DNA of 64,000 nucleotides from Chitinophagaceae bacterium (GTDB lineage: Bacteria > Bacteroidota > Bacteroidia > Chitinophagales > Chitinophagaceae). Shown here piece after piece: positions 38,698 through 46,815 of the stretch. Position 1 is the first letter of the stretch, and every line of letters begins with the position of its first letter. A program made the translations under genes and the position numbers. Under the pieces are notes generated by a model. It did not search any database. It saw nothing but the letters and a program-made list of their open reading frames with translations, and was not told where the DNA came from. The stretch is from contig JBBCJQ010000006.1 of assembly GCA_037190885.1 (NCBI GenBank), positions 34,190 through 98,189 on the forward strand, given 5' to 3'.

Positions 38698-38967
38698 CAA
38701 CATGCCGGGCAGCGAAACGAACGATGCAGTGTGCGACGCAACGACAGTTTCATAGTCATTCTGCAGTCGGTCATACAAAACATTATTACCTGGGAACACA
38801 ATTAGTTCCTATAGTAATCATTAAGGAGTTAAGAAATTAAGTAAAAACCTTACTGTATCTTAACTTCTTAATGCCCGCCCGGATGACCAGTCGGACGGGG
38901 TTTGCAACAGCAGATATCGTTCGTTTTTGTACGAACTAAATATAGTTCCTGTTAATAACTTTACACC

Positions 38968-39735
38968 ATGGCGGAAAAAACAGTAATAATAACCGGAGCG
39001 GCGGGTGGTATCGGTCTTTCCATAGCAAAAGCATTTTTGAAAAATAACTATCGGGTGGTGATCCTGGACCTGTCTCAGGAGAGCGTTGATGCGGCCGTAT
39101 CCGGAACCGGTAGCGCACTGCTTTCAGGGTATGCCTGCGATGTGACGAATGAGAAGGATATGCAGCGGATCATCAAAAATGTGCATGAGGCGTATGGCAG
39201 CATTGATGTGCTGGTAAACAATGCCGGTCTGCAGCATGTGGCTCCGATAGAAGAGTTTCCTGTTGATAAATTCCGGTATATGCTGGATGTGATGCTGACG
39301 GCTCCCTTTATTGCGATCAGGCATGTGCTGCCATACATGAAACAAAAAGGATTTGGAAGGGTCATTAACATGGCTTCTGTAAACGGGCTGATCGGTTTTG
39401 CCGGTAAGTCCGCTTATAACAGTGCCAAGCACGGGTTGATCGGCCTGACGAAAGTGGCTGCCCTGGAGACCGCCACTTCGGGGATAACGGTGAATGCCGT
39501 ATGCCCGGGTTATGTGGATACGGCGCTGGTGAGAAACCAGTTGTCTGACCTGGCAAAAACAAGAAATGTTCCCCTGGAAAAAGTGCTGGAGGAAGTAATC
39601 TACCCGCTGGTGCCGCAGAAAAGGTTATTACAGGTGGAGGAGGTTGCAGGCATGGTGCTGTTCCTTTCCGGTGAGCAGGCGGCGGGCATTACCGGGCAGG
39701 CGATGGTGATTGACGGCGGGTATACGGTACAGTAA
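38968..39735 (+). CDS. SDR oxidoreductase, 3-hydroxybutyrate-dehydrogenase-like
   Basis: VIITGAAGGIG, NNAGLQHVAPIEEF, YNSAKHG, NAVCPGYVDTALV. Resembles BdhA-type enzymes. Substrate not established. Confidence 0.8.
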   Translation: MAEKTVIITGAAGGIGLSIAKAFLKNNYRVVILDLSQESVDAAVSGTGSALLSGYACDVTNEKDMQRIIKNVHEAYGSIDVLVNNAGLQHVAPIEEFPVDKFRYMLDVMLTAPFIAIRHVLPYMKQKGFGRVINMASVNGLIGFAGKSAYNSAKHGLIGLTKVAALETATSGITVNAVCPGYVDTALVRNQLSDLAKTRNVPLEKVLEEVIYPLVPQKRLLQVEEVAGMVLFLSGEQAAGITGQAMVIDGGYTVQ

Positions 39736-39785
39736 GCAGGTGAAACGGAGGATCAGGCCAGGAAAGCAGCCATCCGGTATCCCGG

Positions 39786-40652
39786 TTATATCTCCAGCAT
39801 TTTCCGGTATTCTGTCGGTGTCATCTTTTTCAGTTTCTTGAACTGGCGGTTAAAGTTGGCCAGGTTGTTGAACCCGCTTTCGTAGGCCGTTTCCACAATG
39901 TTTTTGGTCGGGTCGCTCAATAATTTGCAGGCGTGTCCTATTCGTATTTCCGTCAGGTATTCCACAAACGTGACCCGGTAGTGGTCTTTAAAAAAGTTGC
40001 AGAACGTGGTGGTGGCCATATTGGCTACAGCCGCTATTTCCGATAATTTGATTTCCGTATCGAAATTGCGCATAATGTACTCCGTGATCTTGTTGAACTT
40101 ATCAGATTGTCCAAGATTGGTATTCTGTACAAATGCGGGACTCGCCAGGGTTTCATATTCGCGGGTGGTAGACAAAATATCAAAAATGCTGAACAGCAGG
40201 CTTAATCTTTGCAGACCGCTGGCGTTCAGCATTTGCTTCATCAGGTTATTTATTTTTTTCCGGGTCTCTCCCTTAAATGCCAGCCCGTTGGTAGATGCCT
40301 GGAGTATCTTTTTCAGCGCAAGGATCTCGGGGAGCTGCAAAAAATTCTCTCCCAGGAAGTCCTCCACAAATTGAACCACGATCGCATCTGCCGCATCTTT
40401 TTTATTGCCGGTCATGTACTGGTTGTCATTCACCCACACGTGTGGTAACATGGGAGCCATCAATACCAGGTCGTCTTCTTCAAAATAGCCGATATGATCG
40501 CCTACCATTCTGCGGCCGGTACTTTTGGTCACCTGCACCAGTTCATATTCCGGGTGATAGTGCCAGGGTGCGGGGAAAAAGCATCCTTTCTCTCTGAAAA
40601 CGATAAAGGACTTATCGAGTTCCCTGGGTAATCTTTTCTCTACAGCTTTCAT
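39786..40652 (-). CDS. AraC-family transcriptional regulator (cupin-like N-terminal domain plus HTH)
   Basis: 288-aa ORF. N-terminal WHYHPEYEL cupin-like segment. C-terminal AraC HTH (GFNNLANFNRQFKKLKKMTPTEYR). Confidence 0.9.
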   Translation of the reverse strand: MKAVEKRLPRELDKSFIVFREKGCFFPAPWHYHPEYELVQVTKSTGRRMVGDHIGYFEEDDLVLMAPMLPHVWVNDNQYMTGNKKDAADAIVVQFVEDFLGENFLQLPEILALKKILQASTNGLAFKGETRKKINNLMKQMLNASGLQRLSLLFSIFDILSTTREYETLASPAFVQNTNLGQSDKFNKITEYIMRNFDTEIKLSEIAAVANMATTTFCNFFKDHYRVTFVEYLTEIRIGHACKLLSDPTKNIVETAYESGFNNLANFNRQFKKLKKMTPTEYRKMLEI

Positions 40653-40754
40653 TCTTCTTTTTTTAACACCGTCGCAGCGATCACACTTAGACCGCTTTTG
40701 ATCTTTTAAATTTATTCAAAAGAATGATTCCCGCAGCAAAATTTCACTGATTTT

Positions 40755-41810
40755 TTAGTCGGACCGGCTGCTGCTTGCTGCAGTGGCTTTTCTTATTTGC
40801 GGCGCTATCCCTGTACCGAACAGTTCAATAGATCTCATCATGTCCTTATGGCTGGGACTACCCACATCCATGTGTCCTATAAACCTGGTCAGTCCTCCTA
40901 ATGTTTCGTGCAACTGCAATATTTTATCGGTTATTTCATTTGCATCTCCGTAAAACAACGCCCCGCGTTCACCTCGTGCATGGTTGAACTGCGTCCTGGA
41001 ATAGGGCGCCCAGCCCCTGTCTTTTCCGATACGGTTCATTTGCGCGGCATAATTGTCAAACTGTGCATCTATACCCCCGGGCACATCACTTACAAAGCTG
41101 TGCGCATGCACACCGGTCTGTATTTTGCTGATATCGTGCCCGTGCCTTGCGTATTCCTGGCGGTAGTAATCCATAAACGGTTTGAACTGTGCCGGATCGC
41201 CGCCAATAATTGCCAGTATTAATGGTAAGCCCAGCCGGGCAGCTCTTGCCACAGATTCGGGTGTGCCTCCTACGGCTACCCATACCGGTAATTTGCCACT
41301 GTTAACAGCCCTGGGGTATACGGACTGCTCTACCATGGGTGGCCTGAGCTTACCGTTCCAGGTAACTACTTCATTGTTGTTGATCTTCAGCAGCAGGTCC
41401 AGCTTTTCTTCAAAGAGCTGGTTATAGTCTTTGAGGTCGTACCCGAAGAGGGGAAAAGACTCAATAAAGCTCCCACGACCCACACCGATCTCAGCCCTGC
41501 CGCCGGAGATCAGGTCGATGGTGGAGAAGTCCTGGTACACTTTTACCGGTTCTGCCGAACTCAGCACAGTCACCGTACTCATCAGTTTGATGTTTTTGGT
41601 GATGGCCGCCGCCGCTGCCAGAACGATCTCGGGCGAAGAGACTGCATAGTCCGGCCGGTGATGCTCTCCCAGCCCGAATACGTCCAGCCCCACTTCATCG
41701 GCCAGCTTTATTTCTTCCAGTATTTCATTCAGTTTCAGTTTGGGATCATAAAATTTACCAGTGGCTGTATCAAAGCGCAGATCACCAAACATACCTATTC
41801 CTAATTCCAT
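40755..41810 (-). CDS. LLM-class (luciferase-like) flavin-dependent oxidoreductase
   Basis: 351-aa ORF. MELGIGMFGDL, GLDVFGLGEHH, GGRAEIGVGRGS: a typical luciferase-like monooxygenase pattern. Confidence 0.85.
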   Translation of the reverse strand: MELGIGMFGDLRFDTATGKFYDPKLKLNEILEEIKLADEVGLDVFGLGEHHRPDYAVSSPEIVLAAAAAITKNIKLMSTVTVLSSAEPVKVYQDFSTIDLISGGRAEIGVGRGSFIESFPLFGYDLKDYNQLFEEKLDLLLKINNNEVVTWNGKLRPPMVEQSVYPRAVNSGKLPVWVAVGGTPESVARAARLGLPLILAIIGGDPAQFKPFMDYYRQEYARHGHDISKIQTGVHAHSFVSDVPGGIDAQFDNYAAQMNRIGKDRGWAPYSRTQFNHARGERGALFYGDANEITDKILQLHETLGGLTRFIGHMDVGSPSHKDMMRSIELFGTGIAPQIRKATAASSSRSD

Positions 41811-41871
41811 ATGTGCTCCTTTTTATGGTACAAATATCGGTGTCGCACCCGGCATCCATCTTATTATATGT

Positions 41872-41912
41872 TAAGAAAGCAAGTCCCACCCCGGTAAATG
41901 AGGTGGGACTGC
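41872..41912 (-). terminator. Probable terminator closing the rtcB-prfH operon
   Basis: AGTCCCACC/GGTGGGACT 9-bp stem (41882-41890 and 41902-41910), followed on the minus strand by TGCTTTCTT. Confidence 0.45.
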
Positions 41913-41924
41913 TTTGCCGGAGGA

Positions 41925-42539
41925 TCAGCACAGGCTTTCGCGGATGGTTTTCACCGGGTTCCCTCTTTCCAGTATGTTGTGCTCCTGCCATTGCTCCTGT
42001 TTTTGTTTGGTGAGTTCGCCTGCATACCAGTCTTCCACTTTTTCTTTCAAACGCTGCAGGCATACCTTTTTGTTCTGTACCTGCGACCGGCTATCCATCG
42101 CCAGCACCTGTATGCCGGAGGGGATATGCGTGCCCCGTACTGCCGTTTCTACTTTATTCACATGTTGCCCGCCAGGCCCGGAAGCCCTGCAGGTTTCCAG
42201 CACGATGTCCTTTTCATTCCATCGCTGCTGTTCCTGTATCCCGAAAAAGGCAACGCCTGCAAACCAGTTCTTTCGTTTGTGCATGGTACGGTAAGGGCTG
42301 GGGGCTATCCATTGTATAGTGCCTTCCCAGGTTGCCCGCAGTGATCCGGACTTACCCGTATACAGCAGCGTAGTGGAAAGCAATGTTCCTTTCAAGGTAC
42401 CTTCTATACTGTCGAGTACCGTTATTTCGCCACCCGTTTCCCGCGCCTGCTTTATGATCTTTTCCTGCACTTTCGCCACGACGCGGGTGCATTCTACCGG
42501 GCCGCGGCCGGCTGTTATCTGTATCAATATTTTGTCCAT
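41925..42539 (-). CDS. prfH: Peptide chain release factor H (PrfH)
   Basis: 204-aa ORF collinear with recalled E. coli PrfH: QITAGRGPVEC, GTIQWIAPSPYR..RKNWF, the GGQ motif SGPGGQHVNK, ERGNP. It is adjacent to rtcB. Confidence 0.9.
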   Translation of the reverse strand: MDKILIQITAGRGPVECTRVVAKVQEKIIKQARETGGEITVLDSIEGTLKGTLLSTTLLYTGKSGSLRATWEGTIQWIAPSPYRTMHKRKNWFAGVAFFGIQEQQRWNEKDIVLETCRASGPGGQHVNKVETAVRGTHIPSGIQVLAMDSRSQVQNKKVCLQRLKEKVEDWYAGELTKQKQEQWQEHNILERGNPVKTIRESLC

Positions 42540-42542
42540 AGT

Positions 42543-43940
42543 TTATTCTTTATTCATTCTTACGATCCGGGGCATAAATATGCCTTCAGTTTCTACGAGG
42601 TGCTGCTGTGCCTGCATCACTTTGTGAATGTCCTTATATGCCAGCGTGTTTTCTTCCACGCTTCCGCCTATGAGGGTGACACCGGCATTTGACAGCATTT
42701 TTTTCATGGCGCTGACGGTCATGGATTCCTTCGCTTTTTTCCGGCTCATGGCCCTGCCTGCACCATGTGAAGCTGAGTTGACCGCCCTGTCGTTGCCCTT
42801 GCCTCTTACGAGAAAAGCGGGTGTGGTCATGCTGCCGGGGATGATGCCCGTTTCTCCGGTGTGTGCCGGTGTAGCGCCTTTCCGGTGTACGATGCATTCC
42901 CTGCCGTTCACCTGTTCTTTCCAGGCAAAATTGTGGTGGTTTTCCACGCAACCCAGCGACTGCAGCCCCAACGCTCTCAGCAGGTTGGCATGTATCCTGT
43001 CGTGACAGGCTTTTGCATAGGCGCCCGCCAGGTTCATGCTCAGCCAGTATTCCTGTCCGGCCTCGCTATCCATATCCAGCCAGGCCAGCGATCTTGCTTC
43101 CGAAGGCAGGCGACATATGTCCATAGCCTGTTTGGAATAATGCATGGCAATATGGGCGCCCAGTCCCCGGCTGCCGGAGTGAGACAGGATAGCCAGGTAT
43201 TCCCCGGCGGGTAAAGCCAGGGAATTCTGCGTATACAATTCTACCAGTCCGAACTCCACAAAATGATTGCCGCTGCCGGAGCTGCCCAGTTGCTTCGCCG
43301 CTTTCCCGTGCAGGTTTTTCAGTAACCCGGTGGCTCCAAATCGTGGGTCGTCCAGTACCGCATGCTCCTGCTTTTGTTCCAGGTGGCCTTCTGTGCCGAA
43401 ATGTGTGTGTTCTTTCAGTGCCATTTTTGCCTGGTGTGCATACTGCTTCAGAAAACCTGCACCTGCATCGGTAATAGTCAGCGCCATCCTGCACCCGATG
43501 TCCACACCTACGGCATAAGGAATAACAGCGTTTTCCGTTGCCAGCACGGCTCCTATCGGTAATCCATACCCGGTGTGAGCATCGGGCATCATAGCCCCCT
43601 GTATAGCCACCGGCAGCGACATGGCAACTTCCATCTGTGTTTTGGCAGAACGTTCGATACCGGCGGCTCCGAATATATGGAGCTGCCCAGCCGCCGTCAG
43701 CAGGTCGAAGCTTTTAAAACTCATTTCCTTTTCTTCGGGTGCCAACGCCACCGCTACTTTTCCCCACACTTCATGCCGGCGGTATTGCTCCGGTCGGGCC
43801 TTAAGCGTGCTCAGTATTTCCAGCAGTTCCTGCCGACCGGTGTGTTTACAATGTTTGGCAATGGTATTTACGAGCAACGATCTTGTCTGGTTGTCGGTAA
43901 ATCCCAGCTTGCTTAATTCTTTTAATTTTATTTGTGTCAT
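42543..43940 (-). CDS. rtcB: RtcB-family RNA 3'-phosphate ligase (PrfH-associated)
   Basis: 465-aa ORF. Metal and GMP-histidine motifs: MPDAHTGYGLPIG, GSGNHFVEFG, HSGSRGLG, ENHHNFAW, HGAGR. Confidence 0.95.
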   Translation of the reverse strand: MTQIKLKELSKLGFTDNQTRSLLVNTIAKHCKHTGRQELLEILSTLKARPEQYRRHEVWGKVAVALAPEEKEMSFKSFDLLTAAGQLHIFGAAGIERSAKTQMEVAMSLPVAIQGAMMPDAHTGYGLPIGAVLATENAVIPYAVGVDIGCRMALTITDAGAGFLKQYAHQAKMALKEHTHFGTEGHLEQKQEHAVLDDPRFGATGLLKNLHGKAAKQLGSSGSGNHFVEFGLVELYTQNSLALPAGEYLAILSHSGSRGLGAHIAMHYSKQAMDICRLPSEARSLAWLDMDSEAGQEYWLSMNLAGAYAKACHDRIHANLLRALGLQSLGCVENHHNFAWKEQVNGRECIVHRKGATPAHTGETGIIPGSMTTPAFLVRGKGNDRAVNSASHGAGRAMSRKKAKESMTVSAMKKMLSNAGVTLIGGSVEENTLAYKDIHKVMQAQQHLVETEGIFMPRIVRMNKE

Positions 43941-43941
43941 A

Positions 43942-44673
43942 TTATACTTCGTTAATGAGATCCATTATTTTTTCTACGGGCTGCTTAAAAATGCTTTTCA
44001 GCTTTTTTTCTTCCGGGGGACGTTGCCTCCACTTGTAGGATTTTCCGTATACCAGCCTGTTAATGTCGTTCCTCAGGTGTTTACGAACGATGGTATTATC
44101 CAGGCTCTGGCGTTCAGCCATCAATTTCTTATCCAGCTTTTTAACATGGGTGATCATATGTGGCGCTATCCTTAGCCTGTAACGCCAGGGATCGTTGAAT
44201 ACATACACGATGAAAATCCCCTTTTTGTGAACTTGCACAACCGGATGAAAATGCATTTTTTCTTTTTCATCCAGCTTCAGCTTGTTGTGTAACCATTCCC
44301 ATTCCGTAATTTCCCTTAGCTTCTGTTCACGGGCCACCCGGATGCGTTTCCCGTGTTTTAGTTTTTTCTTTTTAAAGTCACGGTTATTGCTGTACGATAC
44401 TGTGTTGATCTTTTGCAGCAACGATTGATAGAAACCGGCCATCCTGCTGCGGGCTACATCTTCCCGCAGGACAAAAAAGCGTTTCCATCCTTTCTGATAG
44501 GGTTGCTCCAACGGGATCATGGGCAATGCTCTTATTTGCTGGTCAATTGCTCTTTCTTCCCGATGCATCGCTATCAGTTGCTTGTCCCGTTCTTTTTTTA
44601 CCAGGCGTTTTTTCTGTCTTTTGGTTTTGAGTGTATACGACAAAAAGTCCCCCTGTTCTATATGTGTGCACAT
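43942..44673 (-). CDS. Hypothetical lysine/arginine-rich protein, first gene of the rtcB-prfH operon
   Basis: 243-aa ORF. Its stop is 1 nt from the rtcB ATG. No recognisable family motif. Strongly basic runs: KRQKKRLVKKERDK, KKKKLKHGKRIR. Confidence 0.6.
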   Translation of the reverse strand: MCTHIEQGDFLSYTLKTKRQKKRLVKKERDKQLIAMHREERAIDQQIRALPMIPLEQPYQKGWKRFFVLREDVARSRMAGFYQSLLQKINTVSYSNNRDFKKKKLKHGKRIRVAREQKLREITEWEWLHNKLKLDEKEKMHFHPVVQVHKKGIFIVYVFNDPWRYRLRIAPHMITHVKKLDKKLMAERQSLDNTIVRKHLRNDINRLVYGKSYKWRQRPPEEKKLKSIFKQPVEKIMDLINEV

Positions 44674-45106
44674 ATGAACCTATATAAAACCGATAATCAG
44701 TTACAGGTTATGTTCGTCCTTTACAGAAAGGAGATAGCCCGCGCTACTGCATTACAAAACAAGTAACCGTATACGTTACACTTAACAGGAAAACGAATGC
44801 ATGAAGTAAATCTGCCTGATCAGGCGTGGATTACAAGGGGCGATATGTAGTATTGTTCCAGCATGGTAATTGTGTATTTAAAGGGTTACACAATTATTGT
44901 TTGAGGGTGCAAAGTTGGAATATTATTTTTAATAAAACAATAGCCGCTTATTCTTTTTTCAAAAGATAATATAAATTGAATCTGCATCCCACGGCATGGG
45001 GGAATCTATGTATCCGGCGGGTGGAGACCCGTGGGACACCTGCCGCCTAAAAGACGCCGAGCCCCCTTTGGGAGACATCGGCGATGAAGTGGTTCTTAAG
45101 TTGCGA

Positions 45107-45143
45107 CTTGCAGTCTTACCATTTTACCATTTTGCGGTCTTAC
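45107..45143 (-). repeat. Second copy of the GTAAGA-type repeat seen at 4489-4521
   Basis: The minus strand reads GTAAGACCGCAAAATGGTAAAATGGTAAGACTGCAAG. 30 of 33 positions match copy 1. It lies just 3' of the PSP1 gene stop, in that gene's sense orientation. Confidence 0.65.
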
Positions 45144-45162
45144 AACTTTCACTGCAGGCTTC

Positions 45163-46503
45163 TTATCCCTTCTTATTGCGCGGGTTATTGTTGCGGTTTT
45201 GATTACTGTTATTTCCCTTATTGTTTGGATTATTGGGATTGTTGCCCCTGTTATCGTTCCGCCTGGATTGCTGCGGTTTTTCGCGGTCGTTCCGGTTGCG
45301 GTCTTTGTTCCGGTTATCACTGCGTTGTTCACCCCTGTTATCACTGCGCTGCTCGTTCCTGTTATCGCGGTTTTTGTTCTGGTTACGCTTTGCTTTATTT
45401 TTCCTGCTGTTCCTTTCCAGGGTACCCAGGCTGATCTGTCCCACCACATCTACAAATTCGGGCTCCACTTCTTTCGGGTGGTTGCTTTGCACTTCTTCCG
45501 ACTCCAGTGTTTCCACTTTGGTGCCTTTCAGGTTCTGGGATCTTATATGGCGTACCGTGGCAATAGACAACGCGTATTGCCGGGTGCTGTCCGGGAGGGT
45601 GTACCACATCATGCTCCGGAAAATATCTTTCTTGATCAGGAGGGCATTTCCCTTCAGTGTTTCCAGGATATCGGCATTATCCGGAAATCCCTGCAAAGCA
45701 TCCAGGTAGGTATCCAGCTCATAGTTCAGGCAGCATTTCAGCCGGCCGCACTGTCCGCTGAGCTTGGTTTGATTGATGCTCAGGTTCTGGTATCGGGCGG
45801 CAATAGTAGTTACACTCTTGAAGTTGGTCAGCCAGGTGCTGCAGCAGAGCTCGCGTCCGCAACTGCCGATGCCGCCTACTTTGGCTGCTTCCTGACGGGT
45901 ACCGATCTGCTTCATTTCCACCTTTACCTTAAACTCGGAAGCATATGCTTTGATCAGCTCACGGAAGTCAACCCGCCCGTCCGCCGTATAAAAGAAAGTA
46001 GCTTTCCGTCCGTCTGCCTGTATCTCTACTTCAGAAAGCTTCATTTCCAGGTTCAGCTTTCTGGCGATCGACCGGGCCCGCATCAGCGCTTCAGGTTCCC
46101 GGAGCTTGGTCTGGCGGTACAATTCCAGGTCGCGGTCGCTGGACCGGCGAAGTATCTTTTTGATCTCGGGATTGTTTTCGTCTATCCCCCTTTTCTTCAG
46201 TTGCAACCGTACCATTTCGCCGCTCACACTCACTTCTCCCACGTCAAAGCCACTCACTCCTTCCACGGTTACCAGGTCACCTTTTTCGTATAACTGAACG
46301 GTGGAATTACGGTAAAAGTCCTTCCGGCTGCCATTGTTAAAGCTTATTTCCACTATGCGGCAGGCGCCGTCATCATCCGCCAGGGGGAGATTTCTCAGCC
46401 AATCGTGAACATTCATACGATTACAACTGCCCGTACTGCATCCGCCATTGCTCTTACATCCTCCGGGTTTTCCCGAGCTAGTGCCACAACTACTACAACT
46501 CAT
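45163..46503 (-). CDS. PSP1-domain protein (RicT/YaaT homologue) with a Cys-rich N-terminus and a low-complexity R/N/D-rich tail
   Basis: 446-aa ORF. Cys cluster MSCSSCGTSSGKPGGCKSNGGCSTGSC. PSP1 core (GGIGSCGRELCCSTWL ... CGRLKCCLNYE). C-terminal ~90 aa of NR/DN repeats. Confidence 0.85.
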   Translation of the reverse strand: MSCSSCGTSSGKPGGCKSNGGCSTGSCNRMNVHDWLRNLPLADDDGACRIVEISFNNGSRKDFYRNSTVQLYEKGDLVTVEGVSGFDVGEVSVSGEMVRLQLKKRGIDENNPEIKKILRRSSDRDLELYRQTKLREPEALMRARSIARKLNLEMKLSEVEIQADGRKATFFYTADGRVDFRELIKAYASEFKVKVEMKQIGTRQEAAKVGGIGSCGRELCCSTWLTNFKSVTTIAARYQNLSINQTKLSGQCGRLKCCLNYELDTYLDALQGFPDNADILETLKGNALLIKKDIFRSMMWYTLPDSTRQYALSIATVRHIRSQNLKGTKVETLESEEVQSNHPKEVEPEFVDVVGQISLGTLERNSRKNKAKRNQNKNRDNRNEQRSDNRGEQRSDNRNKDRNRNDREKPQQSRRNDNRGNNPNNPNNKGNNSNQNRNNNPRNKKG

Positions 46504-46815
46504 ATGAGTTTATTGTATTAATTTGAAATGAATGGCCTGAAAGGAAGAATAATCCATTATAGGAGAACACACCATTATCCTGTGAACAGTCACCCGCGGG
46601 AGACGCTATACTTTACAATGTTATACAATAGACTATATATAACAATTTGATTCAGAATAATTTATTATAGAAATAGATATAGACAGTTTCTATTTTTTCT
46701 CTCTCACAAAAACTCCTGCAATGATATATATTGATTCCTTTTCAGGAAATATCACCAAAAATAACGAAATTATTGCTATATATAGTTCATCCGGGTGAAA
46801 CTATTGGGTTCACTA

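Noticed and set aside
41898-42344. Plus-strand ORFs (148 and 126 aa) antisense to prfH
   Set aside because: They are Cys/Phe/Pro-rich shadow frames, and the opposite strand encodes a full-length PrfH with the GGQ motif.
44985-45085. ACCTGCC-containing GC-rich segment resembling part of a cobalamin-riboswitch B12 box
   Set aside because: Only a 7-nt partial match. It is far too short for the ~200-nt aptamer, and there is no downstream plus-strand gene or cobalamin-related gene. It is kept only as a generic possible structured RNA.
45200-45420. Short tandem DNA repeats that could be mistaken for a CRISPR-like or VNTR array
   Set aside because: The repeats are ~24 nt, contiguous without spacers, and lie in frame inside the PSP1 coding tail. 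No cas genes are present, so this is not a CRISPR array.
45199-46293. 364-aa plus-strand ORF (and 45221-45709) antisense to the PSP1 gene
   Set aside because: The minus-strand frame carries unmistakable PSP1/RicT motifs. The antisense ORF is low-complexity and open only because of codon and GC bias.
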